From a virus (taxonomy: Duplodnaviria; Heunggongvirae; Uroviricota; Caudoviricetes): a stretch of DNA of 64,000 bases. A program made the position numbers and the translations under genes. This document shows positions 1-9,996 of the stretch, piece after piece. The notes beneath the pieces are model-generated. The model was not told the DNA's origin and did not search any database. It worked only from the letters and a program-made list of their open reading frames with translations. Each line of letters begins with the position of its first letter. The stretch's first letter is position 1. The stretch lies in IMG/VR virus record IMGVR_UViG_3300021963_000024; one strand, 5' to 3'.

Positions 1-306
1 ATATATGGAATCCAAGTATTAACCGCACGAATTATAGATGCTTCTATTTTATCATCTATCTCACCCGTTATTATTGGTTCAAATAGTAGAGACCATACAT
101 CACAACCAAAATCAGGATACATAACTCTTTCTCCTTTTTTGGTCATAATTAAATTTTTCAAATTATCTTTAGCTTGTGTAATTGTTGAAAAATTGACAGA
201 AAAGATTCCATTGGTGTTGGAACTTCTATCTATACCAATACCAATTACTTTGTAATCATTTACTTTTAAGTCATTTACATTTACTTTACCAAGCTCTATA
301 GCCATT
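1..306 (-). CDS. baseplate wedge protein gp25 (lysozyme-like), partial; C-terminus lies beyond the window start
   Basis: The ATG is at 304-306 (minus). The translation KGERVMYPDFGCDVWSLLFEPI...ASIIRAVNTWIP matches the conserved T4 gp25 core (KGSRPFDPEFGCDL...AVRNYEP). Confidence 0.7.
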
Positions 307-858
307 TTATCTTAATCCTTTTTCTTTTTCTTGTTTTGAAAACACTTTTGCCAAATCACTATAATCTCTACTTAATGCTTTGGTTAATGCATCCAACCCA
401 GCGTTACCAGTTGATGGTATTTGTTGCTGAATACTTTGTTGTGCTCTGTAATCCATCGTATCCCAACCATCTTCTTCATATTGTTGTGGTTGCATCATGT
501 CTAATACACTACTACCACCAACCATTCCCGGTGCACCACCTTCTGCTCTTTGTGCAGCTGTAAATGGTGTTGTCATATTCAATACCTCATTCAATGCCGC
601 ATTAGATGTATATTCTTTCATTGGTTGTTGAATGGGTTTTTGATTAATCTGTCTGCTTTTATTAAGAGCATCTGTAGCTGCCGTAAACGGGTCAACCGAT
701 TTGATGGCTTCCTTTAATGTAGGAGCCGTTTGTTTCTTTTGTGAGTTCAATGTAACCGCACCGGATTTAATCAACTTAGCTAATTCTTCTTTAACTTGCT
801 GTTTAACTTCGTTTTTTACAACTTCTTTGATTAATCCGACTAATAATTTCGAATCCAT
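307..858 (-). CDS. hypothetical protein (baseplate-module neighbour)
   Basis: Minus-strand ORF immediately upstream of gp25, Gln/Ala-rich. No motif recognised. Confidence 0.4.
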   Translation of the reverse strand: MDSKLLVGLIKEVVKNEVKQQVKEELAKLIKSGAVTLNSQKKQTAPTLKEAIKSVDPFTAATDALNKSRQINQKPIQQPMKEYTSNAALNEVLNMTTPFTAAQRAEGGAPGMVGGSSVLDMMQPQQYEEDGWDTMDYRAQQSIQQQIPSTGNAGLDALTKALSRDYSDLAKVFSKQEKEKGLR

Positions 859-893
859 AATAATTGTTTTTAATAAATATTGAAAGTTTTAAT

Positions 894-1442
894 TTAATCT
901 GGTATAATATATCCACTCCAAGGTAAAACTCCTGGTGCAGGCGGTGAAGGTGGTGGATATTGTGCCAAAACAACATATAATCCACTTACTGTCATTAAAT
1001 GTATCTTAGCAGATGTAACAAATGCATCTAAAAATGTAGATGGGTTATTATTTGGTGGAACAGGTATTGGTGTCCATACTCCTGGATTTAAAACTATACC
1101 CTGTGTTAATGCTATACTTTTTATTGCTCCGGCCGGCGGTAATATTGGTGGGATTGGCATCATTAAACCACCCGTCCAATAACTTATCACAGCGGGGCCT
1201 ATAACATCCAATAGCGTTAATGAATTTGACATTTGTGTCTGAGATAAAAATGCAACTATCTGTGCTTCCATTGCCGTTGGGTTTCCTTGCATCAATGGAA
1301 TTGGACTAATTGTTTCCCTACCAGCTTTTACTGCGGTATCATATGCCAATGTAAATGCTTTTGCAAATCCGGCCATATTGTTGCCAAATGAATTGGATTG
1401 CATTGCAGGTAATAAAGTTGATTTAAATATACTCCAAGACAT
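894..1442 (-). CDS. hypothetical Pro-rich structural protein
   Basis: ORF whose start overlaps the upstream stop at 1442. Pro-rich (PIPPILPP, PIPVPP). Confidence 0.4.
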   Translation of the reverse strand: MSWSIFKSTLLPAMQSNSFGNNMAGFAKAFTLAYDTAVKAGRETISPIPLMQGNPTAMEAQIVAFLSQTQMSNSLTLLDVIGPAVISYWTGGLMMPIPPILPPAGAIKSIALTQGIVLNPGVWTPIPVPPNNNPSTFLDAFVTSAKIHLMTVSGLYVVLAQYPPPSPPAPGVLPWSGYIIPD

Positions 1443-2659
1443 TAGTTCTTACTTAAATAGTTTTTAGCTGATAATAATGTTTTTAGTTTTGATTTTATAG
1501 AATTGAATTGCGCAACATTAGTCGGTCCGGTTGCAGATGGACCAGCTGGTGTTAAATAAACTTGTTTAGTTATTGCATCTATCAATTCTTCTAATATCTT
1601 TACTAATTCACCACCTAATACCATTTTTTGAACGGATGCTCCCGCATCTCCTTCTCCTTTATCTTTTCCTAAATATATTTTACCACTATCGGAATTTAAG
1701 AATATGTTATTAGAACCTTCGGAATGAATTGTTATATTTTTCTTATTATGAAAATATATTTCCTTTTCAGCATCAATAGAAAAATTACCATCCGTAATTA
1801 TACCCGCATTACCTTTACCAAAGATAATAAATTCTTTTGATTTTGCAGATAAAACTATTCTATCGGAGTTTACCCACAACTGGTCTCCTTTCAAATCATC
1901 TGATGTTGGATATTCTTTAAATCCAACTTTTGTTTTTTCAACCGTTTCTTTAAATGGAACTTTAATTTTATTAGATGTTATATAAATGGATGTTCCATCT
2001 TTATTTATATCTTCTTCAATTAACTCACCAATTTTTTTATCATCTAATTCCGGATTTTGTTTATTTCTTATAAAAATACCAGGTGATGAAGTTTTATCAT
2101 CTTCTGTAAGAAAAAACTCAGAAAATCTAATTGTATTTCCTACTCTACCTTGTATAATAGTATCGCCCTCTTTAGGTTTTAAAAATTTGATTTTTTCGTT
2201 TACCTTATATTTTTTGCTTTCTGATTTCTTAACCGGTGCTGGTGTGTTTGTTGTTCCTGTTTGTTTTGTTTCTTTATAATCCTTTGCCGTAGATTTTGTA
2301 TTGGATGTTTCAGGCTTTCTTTCTTTTGCTGTCTCTGAAGTTTTATAATCTTCTCTATAATTTGGATATAATGTAGTTGAATATGGTAACCAAAAATGTT
2401 CATTTTCGATTTCTAAAATAATAACAGTTTCACCAACGATTGGATAGGTGAAATTATTTTTATCAAAAGGAAACGCATACGCTTCTATTAAAATCGGAGT
2501 TTCTCTAGCATAAGATAATGCTCCTAAAAATCTCGAATCTTTATCTGCAAAATTTTTATTATCATTGTATTTTAAAAGAAAATCATTTTTTTTATCCGTA
2601 TTAAAAAAATCATCTTCCTTATAAAAAACTTTTGTTACAGTTGCTAAAAATGAATTCAT
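1442..2659 (-). CDS. gp5-like baseplate hub protein (no lysozyme domain)
   Basis: OB-fold-like motif PIVGETVIILEIENEHFWLP resembles the gp5/VgrG N-terminus. The C-terminal segment has beta-helix-like repeats. Adjacent to gp25. Confidence 0.45.
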   Translation of the reverse strand: MNSFLATVTKVFYKEDDFFNTDKKNDFLLKYNDNKNFADKDSRFLGALSYARETPILIEAYAFPFDKNNFTYPIVGETVIILEIENEHFWLPYSTTLYPNYREDYKTSETAKERKPETSNTKSTAKDYKETKQTGTTNTPAPVKKSESKKYKVNEKIKFLKPKEGDTIIQGRVGNTIRFSEFFLTEDDKTSSPGIFIRNKQNPELDDKKIGELIEEDINKDGTSIYITSNKIKVPFKETVEKTKVGFKEYPTSDDLKGDQLWVNSDRIVLSAKSKEFIIFGKGNAGIITDGNFSIDAEKEIYFHNKKNITIHSEGSNNIFLNSDSGKIYLGKDKGEGDAGASVQKMVLGGELVKILEELIDAITKQVYLTPAGPSATGPTNVAQFNSIKSKLKTLLSAKNYLSKN

Positions 2660-3066
2660 TATTTTACTTTAGTTTTTATTTCTTCGATTTCAATTTCAAT
2701 ATCTTGTAACTTTTCTTTATTTTTTTCTTCTACGGCATTTATAGTATCCTCCATATCAGCTAACAATTGAGCTTTTTCATTTTCACTCAACCAACCATCT
2801 TCACCAATACCCTTTGCTTCTGCAGCTGCTAATCTTTGTGCAATTGTTGCAAGTTTAATTAAGTGGTCATCGTTCTTAACGGATACCTCAATAAGGTCTT
2901 TTATGATTGGAGCAATAACAGTTGCTTCACCAACATTCTTAATTAATTTTCTTAATGATTCAATCAATTCCGAAATGTTTTTCTTTTTGTTTTGTTGGTT
3001 TTCGTATATATCTTTAAATAATGATGATAAGTTTTTACCATCAAATAATTGAAATTCTGTTGCCAT
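2659..3066 (-). CDS. hypothetical coiled-coil protein
   Basis: Coupled ORF (stop/start overlap at 2659 and 3066). Acidic C-terminus with EIEIEIEE. Confidence 0.4.
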   Translation of the reverse strand: MATEFQLFDGKNLSSLFKDIYENQQNKKKNISELIESLRKLIKNVGEATVIAPIIKDLIEVSVKNDDHLIKLATIAQRLAAAEAKGIGEDGWLSENEKAQLLADMEDTINAVEEKNKEKLQDIEIEIEEIKTKVK

Positions 3067-3827
3067 TATATTACTTTGTTCTTTACTATATAATTATAAA
3101 ATTCCTGACTTATTAGATTATACCCCAATGCATTAGGATGTTTACCAGGTTCATTAGTATCTTCAAAACAATCTGTGTTGGTTTCTTCTAAAAAATCTCT
3201 AAATGTTTTTTCACTAAATTTCCAATATAAATTTTTATTAATCAAATCTAAATAATTATCATCTAAATTTAAATTTTCAACATCTACCATTTTATCAAAA
3301 GCATCAGACATGATGTATTTAATTTCATAAAATTCTAATAATTTTTGTAAAAAAATAATATAATTTTGATTAACAATGTTGTAATAATTTTGATTAAAAA
3401 GATTTTCTAAAAAGAATGATTTATATTCTTTTAAAAATGAATCATATACATTATCATTACTTTTATAAGATTCTATAAATTTTTCAGGCTTATTTAATAA
3501 GTGTTTTACAGACCAACTAACCCATTGTTGTCTTGGTAAAAATGCGGCATAATCTCTTAAAGATGAACTCCACATTATAATAACCAAATCATTCTTTTTT
3601 ATTCTGCCTGTAACAACATCATCTATTATGGAGTTGAATATTACCGCATTTGGATTACCACTTTTACCATTATTAATCCAATTAACATTAAGCGATTCCG
3701 CCAATGTTTTTACCCAAGAATGGTTATTTCGGTATATTATTAAATCTTGGTTTTTTAAACTTTTTTCTTTTTTAATATTACAACCTTCACCCTCTGTCCA
3801 ACTATCTCCATATGCATGTAATATCAT
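3066..3827 (-). CDS. SGNH/GDSL-family hydrolase
   Basis: N-terminal block I GDSWTEGEG and C-terminal block V GKHPNALGY. Paralog of 13303-14124. Confidence 0.55.
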   Translation of the reverse strand: MILHAYGDSWTEGEGCNIKKEKSLKNQDLIIYRNNHSWVKTLAESLNVNWINNGKSGNPNAVIFNSIIDDVVTGRIKKNDLVIIMWSSSLRDYAAFLPRQQWVSWSVKHLLNKPEKFIESYKSNDNVYDSFLKEYKSFFLENLFNQNYYNIVNQNYIIFLQKLLEFYEIKYIMSDAFDKMVDVENLNLDDNYLDLINKNLYWKFSEKTFRDFLEETNTDCFEDTNEPGKHPNALGYNLISQEFYNYIVKNKVI

Positions 3828-5521
3828 TACTTATAAATTATAAAATTATTAATAACTAATATATCCATATCACAATTTAAAAATGTCCAAATTGCTTTAT
3901 TTGGGTCATTTGTCATTGTGTGGTCTTTTAAATTGAATGATGTGTTTAATAGAATTGGTGTTCCTGTTAGTTTCTCAAACTCCTTTAATAATTTGTAATA
4001 AAGTGGATTTTGTTCCTTTGTTACCGTTTGTATTCTTGCACTATTATCCACATGTGTTACTGAAGGGATTGGTGTTTCGGAAATAACTTGAACAACTTGA
4101 TTCATATACGGAACATCTTCTTCTGATTTAAAATACTTTTGATAATCTTCGATTGTAACCGAAGGAGCAAATGGTCTAAACATTTCTCTCTTTTTGACAA
4201 CCTTATTAATTCTATCTCTAATATCAGATAGATGTGGATTACCCAATATGGAACGATTACCTAATGCTCTTGCACCAAATTCAGTCCTACCTTGAAACCA
4301 ACCTACTATTTTTCCCTTCTTAATATATTTTGCAACAATTTCACACAATCTTTCATCATCTTGTGCAACTTCAACGCATAATTTTTTGTTTTGTTTAACT
4401 ATATCTCCAACCGATAGTTCCCACTTAGGACCTAAATATGGTGATTGATTATCACCACCTTTTACTTTAGGATGACCCAATGTTTGATGCCAATGATATA
4501 AACATGCACCAATAGCAGAACCACTATCTGATGGTGCAAATGGAATCCAAATATTTTTTATTGATGTATGTTTTTTAATCTTACCATTAGCAGTTCCATT
4601 ATATGCACATCCACCACCTAATACTAAATTTTCACTATTCCAATTATTAGTTACATTATTGATAATATAATATAACATACTTTCATACCATCTTTGTAAT
4701 GATGCAGCTAAATCTTTATGATGTTGTTCTATTGGTTCATCTCTAAAACGAGGAGGAAATCCAATTAAATTAATTAATTTATGATTAAACATATCAGTTT
4801 CGGATGTCACATATGTAAAGTATTTTTGGTCAATTGTAACGATATCACCCAATCTATCCCATCCAGTTATTTTATCAAATAATTGTTGATATTTTGAAGC
4901 ATCACCATATGGTGCCAATCCCATTACTTTATACTCACCTTCGTTTGGTTTGAATCCTAAATATGCAGTGAACGCTGAATAAACCAATCCTAATGAGTTT
5001 GGAAATTGTAGGGTTTGTATTGTATGAAATTTATCAGGATAACACATTACAGCATGCATTGTATTAAATTCACCAACACCATCAATTGATACCCCAATTG
5101 CTTTATCAAATGGTGATGTATAATATGAAAATGCTAAATGTGAAAAATGATGTGGTGTATATTCTATAATACCCGTATATCCAATTGATTCCAATAGTCC
5201 TTTCAAATTACCCTCACCCATTTTCCATCTTTTTAAGAAAGCCTTCCATTGCTTTGGATATCTAAATCCATTTAATTTACCAACTGTCTTTTTAACTCTA
5301 TCAAACTTTGATTGAGGGTCCTCATACCAACAAACCATATCAACTTCATCAATTGTTATATGTGCATATTGTAAAACCCATTGTATTGCCTTAAACGGAA
5401 AAGAACTATCGTGCTTAATGCCAGATAGTTTCTCTTCTTCAATTGCCGCTATTACTTTACCATCAATTACTAAGGCTGCAGCTGAATCGTGGTAGAATCC
5501 TGATAAACCTAATTGTATCAT
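3827..5521 (-). CDS. carbamoyltransferase (NodU/CmcH family)
   Basis: N-terminus LGLSGFYHDSAAALVIDGKVIAAIEEEKLSGIKHD is typical of NodU/CmcH O-carbamoyltransferases. 564 aa. Confidence 0.8.
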   Translation of the reverse strand: MIQLGLSGFYHDSAAALVIDGKVIAAIEEEKLSGIKHDSSFPFKAIQWVLQYAHITIDEVDMVCWYEDPQSKFDRVKKTVGKLNGFRYPKQWKAFLKRWKMGEGNLKGLLESIGYTGIIEYTPHHFSHLAFSYYTSPFDKAIGVSIDGVGEFNTMHAVMCYPDKFHTIQTLQFPNSLGLVYSAFTAYLGFKPNEGEYKVMGLAPYGDASKYQQLFDKITGWDRLGDIVTIDQKYFTYVTSETDMFNHKLINLIGFPPRFRDEPIEQHHKDLAASLQRWYESMLYYIINNVTNNWNSENLVLGGGCAYNGTANGKIKKHTSIKNIWIPFAPSDSGSAIGACLYHWHQTLGHPKVKGGDNQSPYLGPKWELSVGDIVKQNKKLCVEVAQDDERLCEIVAKYIKKGKIVGWFQGRTEFGARALGNRSILGNPHLSDIRDRINKVVKKREMFRPFAPSVTIEDYQKYFKSEEDVPYMNQVVQVISETPIPSVTHVDNSARIQTVTKEQNPLYYKLLKEFEKLTGTPILLNTSFNLKDHTMTNDPNKAIWTFLNCDMDILVINNFIIYK

Positions 5522-5524
5522 AGT

Positions 5525-6217
5525 TTATATTTTTATATCACCTTCTTTATCAAATTCATTATATAATTCCATTTGTCTTTCTTTCATTTTATTGACAACT
5601 TTCGTTATATAATGAGTAGGGTGACCGGTCATTTCTCTAATAAGTAGATAAAGTGATTTTTTATTGAAATTTTCTATATACTCTGCTCTTCTAAATAATT
5701 CTAATACAGCATCTGCAATTTGCATATCTCTTTTCTTTGGAAAATAGTTTTCTAAATGCTTATCCCAATATTCCAACATTCTTTGATTAAATGTTCTATG
5801 TTCATCATTTCTAACTTCTTGTCTAAAATTATTTTCAGTATCCCAATTTTCAGGCATTGATGACATTACATCCGTATCTTTGTATCGTTTGTAGTTTGCA
5901 TTGTTATTTAAAATAAGATAGTTTCTTGCAACAATCGTAAAATATGAGAATGCTTTACCTTTACCATTTTTATACATATGAATTTTCTCAATCATAAATG
6001 CAACTACTTCTGCCATTACATCCTGAGGGTCATCATCAAAGTAAGTGAATTTCCATTTATTGTAAACTATCTCTGCTAATTTTTTAAATGCAGAATCAAT
6101 TCTTTCTCTATATAATTTGTCTTTTACAAATTGATCTTGAGTTGAATTATATTCTATGATAGCATCTTCGGTATCTTTGGTAAAATATTGTCTATTTGGA
6201 CCTCTTTTTCTGGGCAT
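5525..6217 (-). CDS. gp55-like late-transcription sigma factor (putative)
   Basis: Loose similarity to the T4 gp55 core (EDAIIEY..., KWKFTYF...QDVMAEVVAFMIEKI...AFSYFTIVARNYL). No BLAST run. Confidence 0.4.
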   Translation of the reverse strand: MPRKRGPNRQYFTKDTEDAIIEYNSTQDQFVKDKLYRERIDSAFKKLAEIVYNKWKFTYFDDDPQDVMAEVVAFMIEKIHMYKNGKGKAFSYFTIVARNYLILNNNANYKRYKDTDVMSSMPENWDTENNFRQEVRNDEHRTFNQRMLEYWDKHLENYFPKKRDMQIADAVLELFRRAEYIENFNKKSLYLLIREMTGHPTHYITKVVNKMKERQMELYNEFDKEGDIKI

Positions 6218-6218
6218 A

Positions 6219-6482
6219 TTATTTTATTTGTTTGAATTTTTCAATAGTTTCTTTTATTTGGTAAAATATAGAACCTACTTCATCATCCTTCTCAAACATC
6301 TGACGTTGGTCAATTTGTCTTAATGCTTCCAGCAATGCTTCGTTTCTTTGAATCTCTTTATCTATGAATTGATTATTTTCGTCAATTAAATCTTCGTATT
6401 TTTCTAATTTTCTAAATAAATTAAAATTAATATACAATGATATAAAAAATAAAACTGATGTTATAAATGTTACTAATTCCAT
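6219..6482 (-). CDS. small membrane/coiled-coil protein
   Basis: N-terminal hydrophobic helix followed by a charged coiled-coil. Confidence 0.35.
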   Translation of the reverse strand: MELVTFITSVLFFISLYINFNLFRKLEKYEDLIDENNQFIDKEIQRNEALLEALRQIDQRQMFEKDDEVGSIFYQIKETIEKFKQIK

Positions 6483-6483
6483 A

Positions 6484-7119
6484 TTATACTATTTCATATC
6501 CTTTTAAAAAATAATCGTTTGCTTTTTTATATTTCACTTCAACTAAATCCCCTTCAGGTGATTTCATTACAATCTTATCGTTTCTACCATAAGTTTGTCG
6601 TTTAACAACCGTAGTAGTGTAAACTCTATCCTTAATAGTGAATCCATCTAAATGGTCAATTTCGTGTTGAACTATAACGGTCATCATTGTTTCTTTTGAA
6701 ACCTGTTCGTTTTGCTTATCTCCTTCTGGATTGATTTCAAATGTTAATTCACCCAAATTATCCGTATCAACTACAACTTTACAAGCTCTAATTGTTCTAA
6801 TAGGCCTTTCAACCGTTCTGGGTATTGATAGGCAACCTTCATAAAAAAGAAATCCATCTTTAGATTTTTCTTTAATAACAGGATTAACTAAAAATAGTTC
6901 TTCATCACCAAATTTAATTAAACATGCTCTTTTTTTAATACCTAATTGAGTAGCTGATATTCCTAAACCCGGGTATTGTTTCATACCTTCTTCTAATTGA
7001 GTTCTTAACTCATCAGCTTCTTTTTGCGTAATTTCTGTTTTCGGACATGGTGTTTTTAGATACTCTCTAAATTCCTTTGTTTCAAATCCTCTACTGTCTT
7101 TGTCAATAATCAATTTCAT
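6484..7119 (-). CDS. def: peptide deformylase
   Basis: All three PDF motifs are present: GLGISATQLG (motif 1), EGCLSIP (motif 2) and QHEIDHLDG (motif 3). Confidence 0.8.
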   Translation of the reverse strand: MKLIIDKDSRGFETKEFREYLKTPCPKTEITQKEADELRTQLEEGMKQYPGLGISATQLGIKKRACLIKFGDEELFLVNPVIKEKSKDGFLFYEGCLSIPRTVERPIRTIRACKVVVDTDNLGELTFEINPEGDKQNEQVSKETMMTVIVQHEIDHLDGFTIKDRVYTTTVVKRQTYGRNDKIVMKSPEGDLVEVKYKKANDYFLKGYEIV

Positions 7120-7328
7120 TTTTCTTTTTTTAATCCGTATTTTATAAATTTATACCAAAATCTTTCATGTAGAAAGTAAATTATTGGTTTTATTATTAAT
7201 TCTCCTAAACCAACCATACCCGCCCACTTTATAGGTAGACCTGCGGAAACTGTAAGAATTATAGTAGTTATAGTTCCTATAAAACGATAACTAACACTTT
7301 TTACTATATGTCTTTTAATCAACGGCAT
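7116..7328 (-). CDS. small membrane protein
   Basis: 70 aa, hydrophobic core. Overlaps its neighbours by 4/14 nt. Confidence 0.3.
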   Translation of the reverse strand: MPLIKRHIVKSVSYRFIGTITTIILTVSAGLPIKWAGMVGLGELIIKPIIYFLHERFWYKFIKYGLKKEK

Positions 7329-7689
7329 ACTCTATAATATCTCCATCGGTATCCATATACCCTTTTCTAATTTTAGTTCCACTAATTAATTCTATATCAA
7401 CCGGTGGGTGATGATGTATAACATCATATCCAACACCTCTACCGTAATTCACACTTTCAATATCTGGAATAATTGAAATCATAATTTTATCAGAATTATC
7501 AATAAAGAATTTTTCTTTAGATAAATCTATTAAAACTTGTTGTGCTGATTTTGGATTGTTTTCATCAACTTGAACATCTCTAATTGCTACCCATACATTT
7601 TTTCCTTTATCTAATTGCTGACTAATCAACCATTCATGTCCTGCGTGCCACGTTTGCCATCTTCCGATGTATAATGCGTATTTTTTCAT
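7315..7689 (-). CDS. NadM-like nucleotidyltransferase (NMN adenylyltransferase-type HxGH fold)
   Basis: IGRWQTWHAGHEWLI parallels the archaeal NadM GRFQPFHKGH motif. The ISGTKIRKG motif is also present. Confidence 0.5.
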   Translation of the reverse strand: MKKYALYIGRWQTWHAGHEWLISQQLDKGKNVWVAIRDVQVDENNPKSAQQVLIDLSKEKFFIDNSDKIMISIIPDIESVNYGRGVGYDVIHHHPPVDIELISGTKIRKGYMDTDGDIIEYAVD

Positions 7690-8577
7690 TTATATAAAGT
7701 TTATAATTGCTAAATCTTTTGCTTTTGCCTCAATCTCAACATCAATATCAACACCATATGAATTTGGTAATTCATTGATATAATCGGAGTGAGCTTGGGG
7801 TTTTAATTTTGTATTATTTTCGTGTAATGATTTTGATTCCGAATAATGTGTCAATTGTTTGATATTTGCCGGCCATGTTGTAGCTGCTAATTGAAGTGCC
7901 TGTTCTTCGGATAAATCACCTGTGCAAAATTTGTGGTGGTGATAATCAAATACAATCGGAATACCCGTATTTTTGTGAATATACATCAAATCTTTAACTG
8001 AATACATTGATGCTTTATCATCATTCTCAATTGTAAGCCTATTTTTAACCGAATTAGAACATCTTTGGAAGTTTTTGATAAATCTATCCATCGCAGAGTT
8101 TTTATCTCCGTAAACACCATTACAATGAATATTAATTGCGTTATATTGAGTTTGAGATAATCCCATAGCATCCATAATTCTACCATGCACCTCTAAATCC
8201 TTAATTGTATTCAAAACTACACTTTCTTTTGGGGAAGTCAATACATTAAACGGACCTGGATGGAATGTTAGGCGTTGTCCATACAACCATGCTTTATCAC
8301 CACATCTTTTTAGTATGTTTGATATTGCTTTCCAATCTTTTAGTTGTGTAAATTCGTATTCGGTAGCCCATGGGAACATTTCTGAACTCATTCGGTATAA
8401 TTTAATACCCATTTCTTCATTCCAATCAATGATTCGTTCTAAATCGGCAACATTTTGTAATACCAAATCAGAAACATAATCCAAACCTTTTTCCGTAAAG
8501 GTTTTTTTAATCATTGTTCGATTTGTAGTTATTTTTTTACCTAATGAAAGGTTTATACAAGCATATCCTATATTCAT
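7690..8577 (-). CDS. uvdE: UV-damage endonuclease UvdE
   Basis: N-terminus IGYACINLSL...LYRMSSEMFP is characteristic of UVDE TIM-barrel endonucleases. 295 aa. Confidence 0.7.
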   Translation of the reverse strand: MNIGYACINLSLGKKITTNRTMIKKTFTEKGLDYVSDLVLQNVADLERIIDWNEEMGIKLYRMSSEMFPWATEYEFTQLKDWKAISNILKRCGDKAWLYGQRLTFHPGPFNVLTSPKESVVLNTIKDLEVHGRIMDAMGLSQTQYNAINIHCNGVYGDKNSAMDRFIKNFQRCSNSVKNRLTIENDDKASMYSVKDLMYIHKNTGIPIVFDYHHHKFCTGDLSEEQALQLAATTWPANIKQLTHYSESKSLHENNTKLKPQAHSDYINELPNSYGVDIDVEIEAKAKDLAIINFI

Positions 8578-8613
8578 AGAATGTAATATAAGAAAAATAA
8601 ATTAAAATACCAA

Positions 8614-9741
8614 TTATTTCTTTGATTTTTTGTATGCTAACCAATAATTAACTGCGTTTTGGTCATTTATCCAACTGGCTTTATTTGCCCAATTAAAATC
8701 TTCTTTTGCGTAGTATGGTATAGAGTTTCTTAAACCTCTTTGTCTTTCTTCATCACCACTTTCTTCCCACTCATCTATCATCCCATCTCCATCCGTATCA
8801 TACCCATCAATCGTTCCATCACCATCCAAATCAATTGGTATTCTTACTGGTCCAGATGGAATTTTTTCCATTATAACCTCATTTTCTTCTACATTTGTAG
8901 AATTTTTTCTACTATCTCCGTAAATTTGGTAATTTTTTTCCACTAATTCGGAATTTTGTAGAATTGATTGATTTAATTTTACATTTTCTGTTAAATTTTC
9001 TTCTTCTTTTCGATTTTTTTTACCAACTAATCCATTAAATGCGATGATAAGTGCTACTGCCAGAGGGTCAAACACAATTACAATCAAAAATATGAAGAAT
9101 TTTACAACATTTTTCAATTCCATACCAAATGCTTCTGCAACAAAACGAAATCCACCAACTTCTTTTTCTAAATCTAAGTTAGCAAGTTTAATTTCATTAA
9201 TTTTTTCGGTATTTTTTGCATTTTCGGTTTGTAAACCCTCAATTTTTTTGTTAATTTGAGAAGTCTGACGGTCTTTACTGTCAATACTACGCAGTAAACG
9301 AGAATTTACTTTACCTTTTTCTAAAATCGTTGATTGCGTTTGGGATAATCCGTTCAATTGTTCGTTTAATTGAGTAATTTGAGCGGTATTTTGGTCGATT
9401 TTTGTTTGATAAACTAAAATTTCTCTATCAACTACTTGCAATTTAAGTGATTGTGCCTGAAATGCATTTGAAAGATATCCAAATATGCCGGCGGAAGTAA
9501 TTAACATAAGAACTCCAACCGAAATAGTTAGATACCATTTGTTAAAACCACTTATTTCATCCCATTTTTGTTTTAAATAAGTTGCCGCTACCAATTTAGC
9601 AAGTTCCAACGAAGATGCCATTATCATTACCGATAAAGAAGCACCTGCAAATAAAACACCTAATCCGGTAACAGAAAAATAAGCCGCACATCCTGCAATA
9701 ATTAGTGCGGAAAATCCCACTAAATATTTAAGCCAATTCAT
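8614..9741 (-). CDS. membrane protein with coiled-coil and EF-hand-like Ca-binding loops
   Basis: N-terminal TM helices and a Q-rich coiled coil. Tandem DxDGDG loops (DLDGDGTIDGYDTDGDGMIDEWEE). Confidence 0.4.
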   Translation of the reverse strand: MNWLKYLVGFSALIIAGCAAYFSVTGLGVLFAGASLSVMIMASSLELAKLVAATYLKQKWDEISGFNKWYLTISVGVLMLITSAGIFGYLSNAFQAQSLKLQVVDREILVYQTKIDQNTAQITQLNEQLNGLSQTQSTILEKGKVNSRLLRSIDSKDRQTSQINKKIEGLQTENAKNTEKINEIKLANLDLEKEVGGFRFVAEAFGMELKNVVKFFIFLIVIVFDPLAVALIIAFNGLVGKKNRKEEENLTENVKLNQSILQNSELVEKNYQIYGDSRKNSTNVEENEVIMEKIPSGPVRIPIDLDGDGTIDGYDTDGDGMIDEWEESGDEERQRGLRNSIPYYAKEDFNWANKASWINDQNAVNYWLAYKKSKK

Positions 9742-9938
9742 TATCTATTGATTGATACTAATTCAGAAGCACGCTCTACTATTTTCCTAGCATCTTCAAT
9801 TACCGTATTAATTTCTGATGGTGAAAGTTGTTGTGCACCATTTGCAACATTCTGGATAATTCTCAACTTACCATTCAACGCTTCTAATAAGTTTTGTATT
9901 TTTTCGTTATATATCATACTAATAAATATTTTATTAAA

Positions 9939-9972
9939 TAAAAAAAGGTAGAAGTTATAAAACTCCTACCTT
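9939..9972 (-). terminator. rho-independent terminator downstream of hsp20
   Basis: Hairpin aggtagaag/cttctacct-like, 9946-9971. On the minus strand it is followed by a T-run (A-run 9940-9946 on plus). Confidence 0.5.
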
Positions 9973-9996
9973 CGTAATATACAAAAAATAACTGAA

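Noticed and set aside
803-985. Short minus-strand ORFs nested in other minus-strand genes (803-985, 2200-2403, 7986-8186)
   Set aside because: They are embedded in alternative frames of longer ORFs that have recognisable gp5-like and UvdE motifs or a better coding context.
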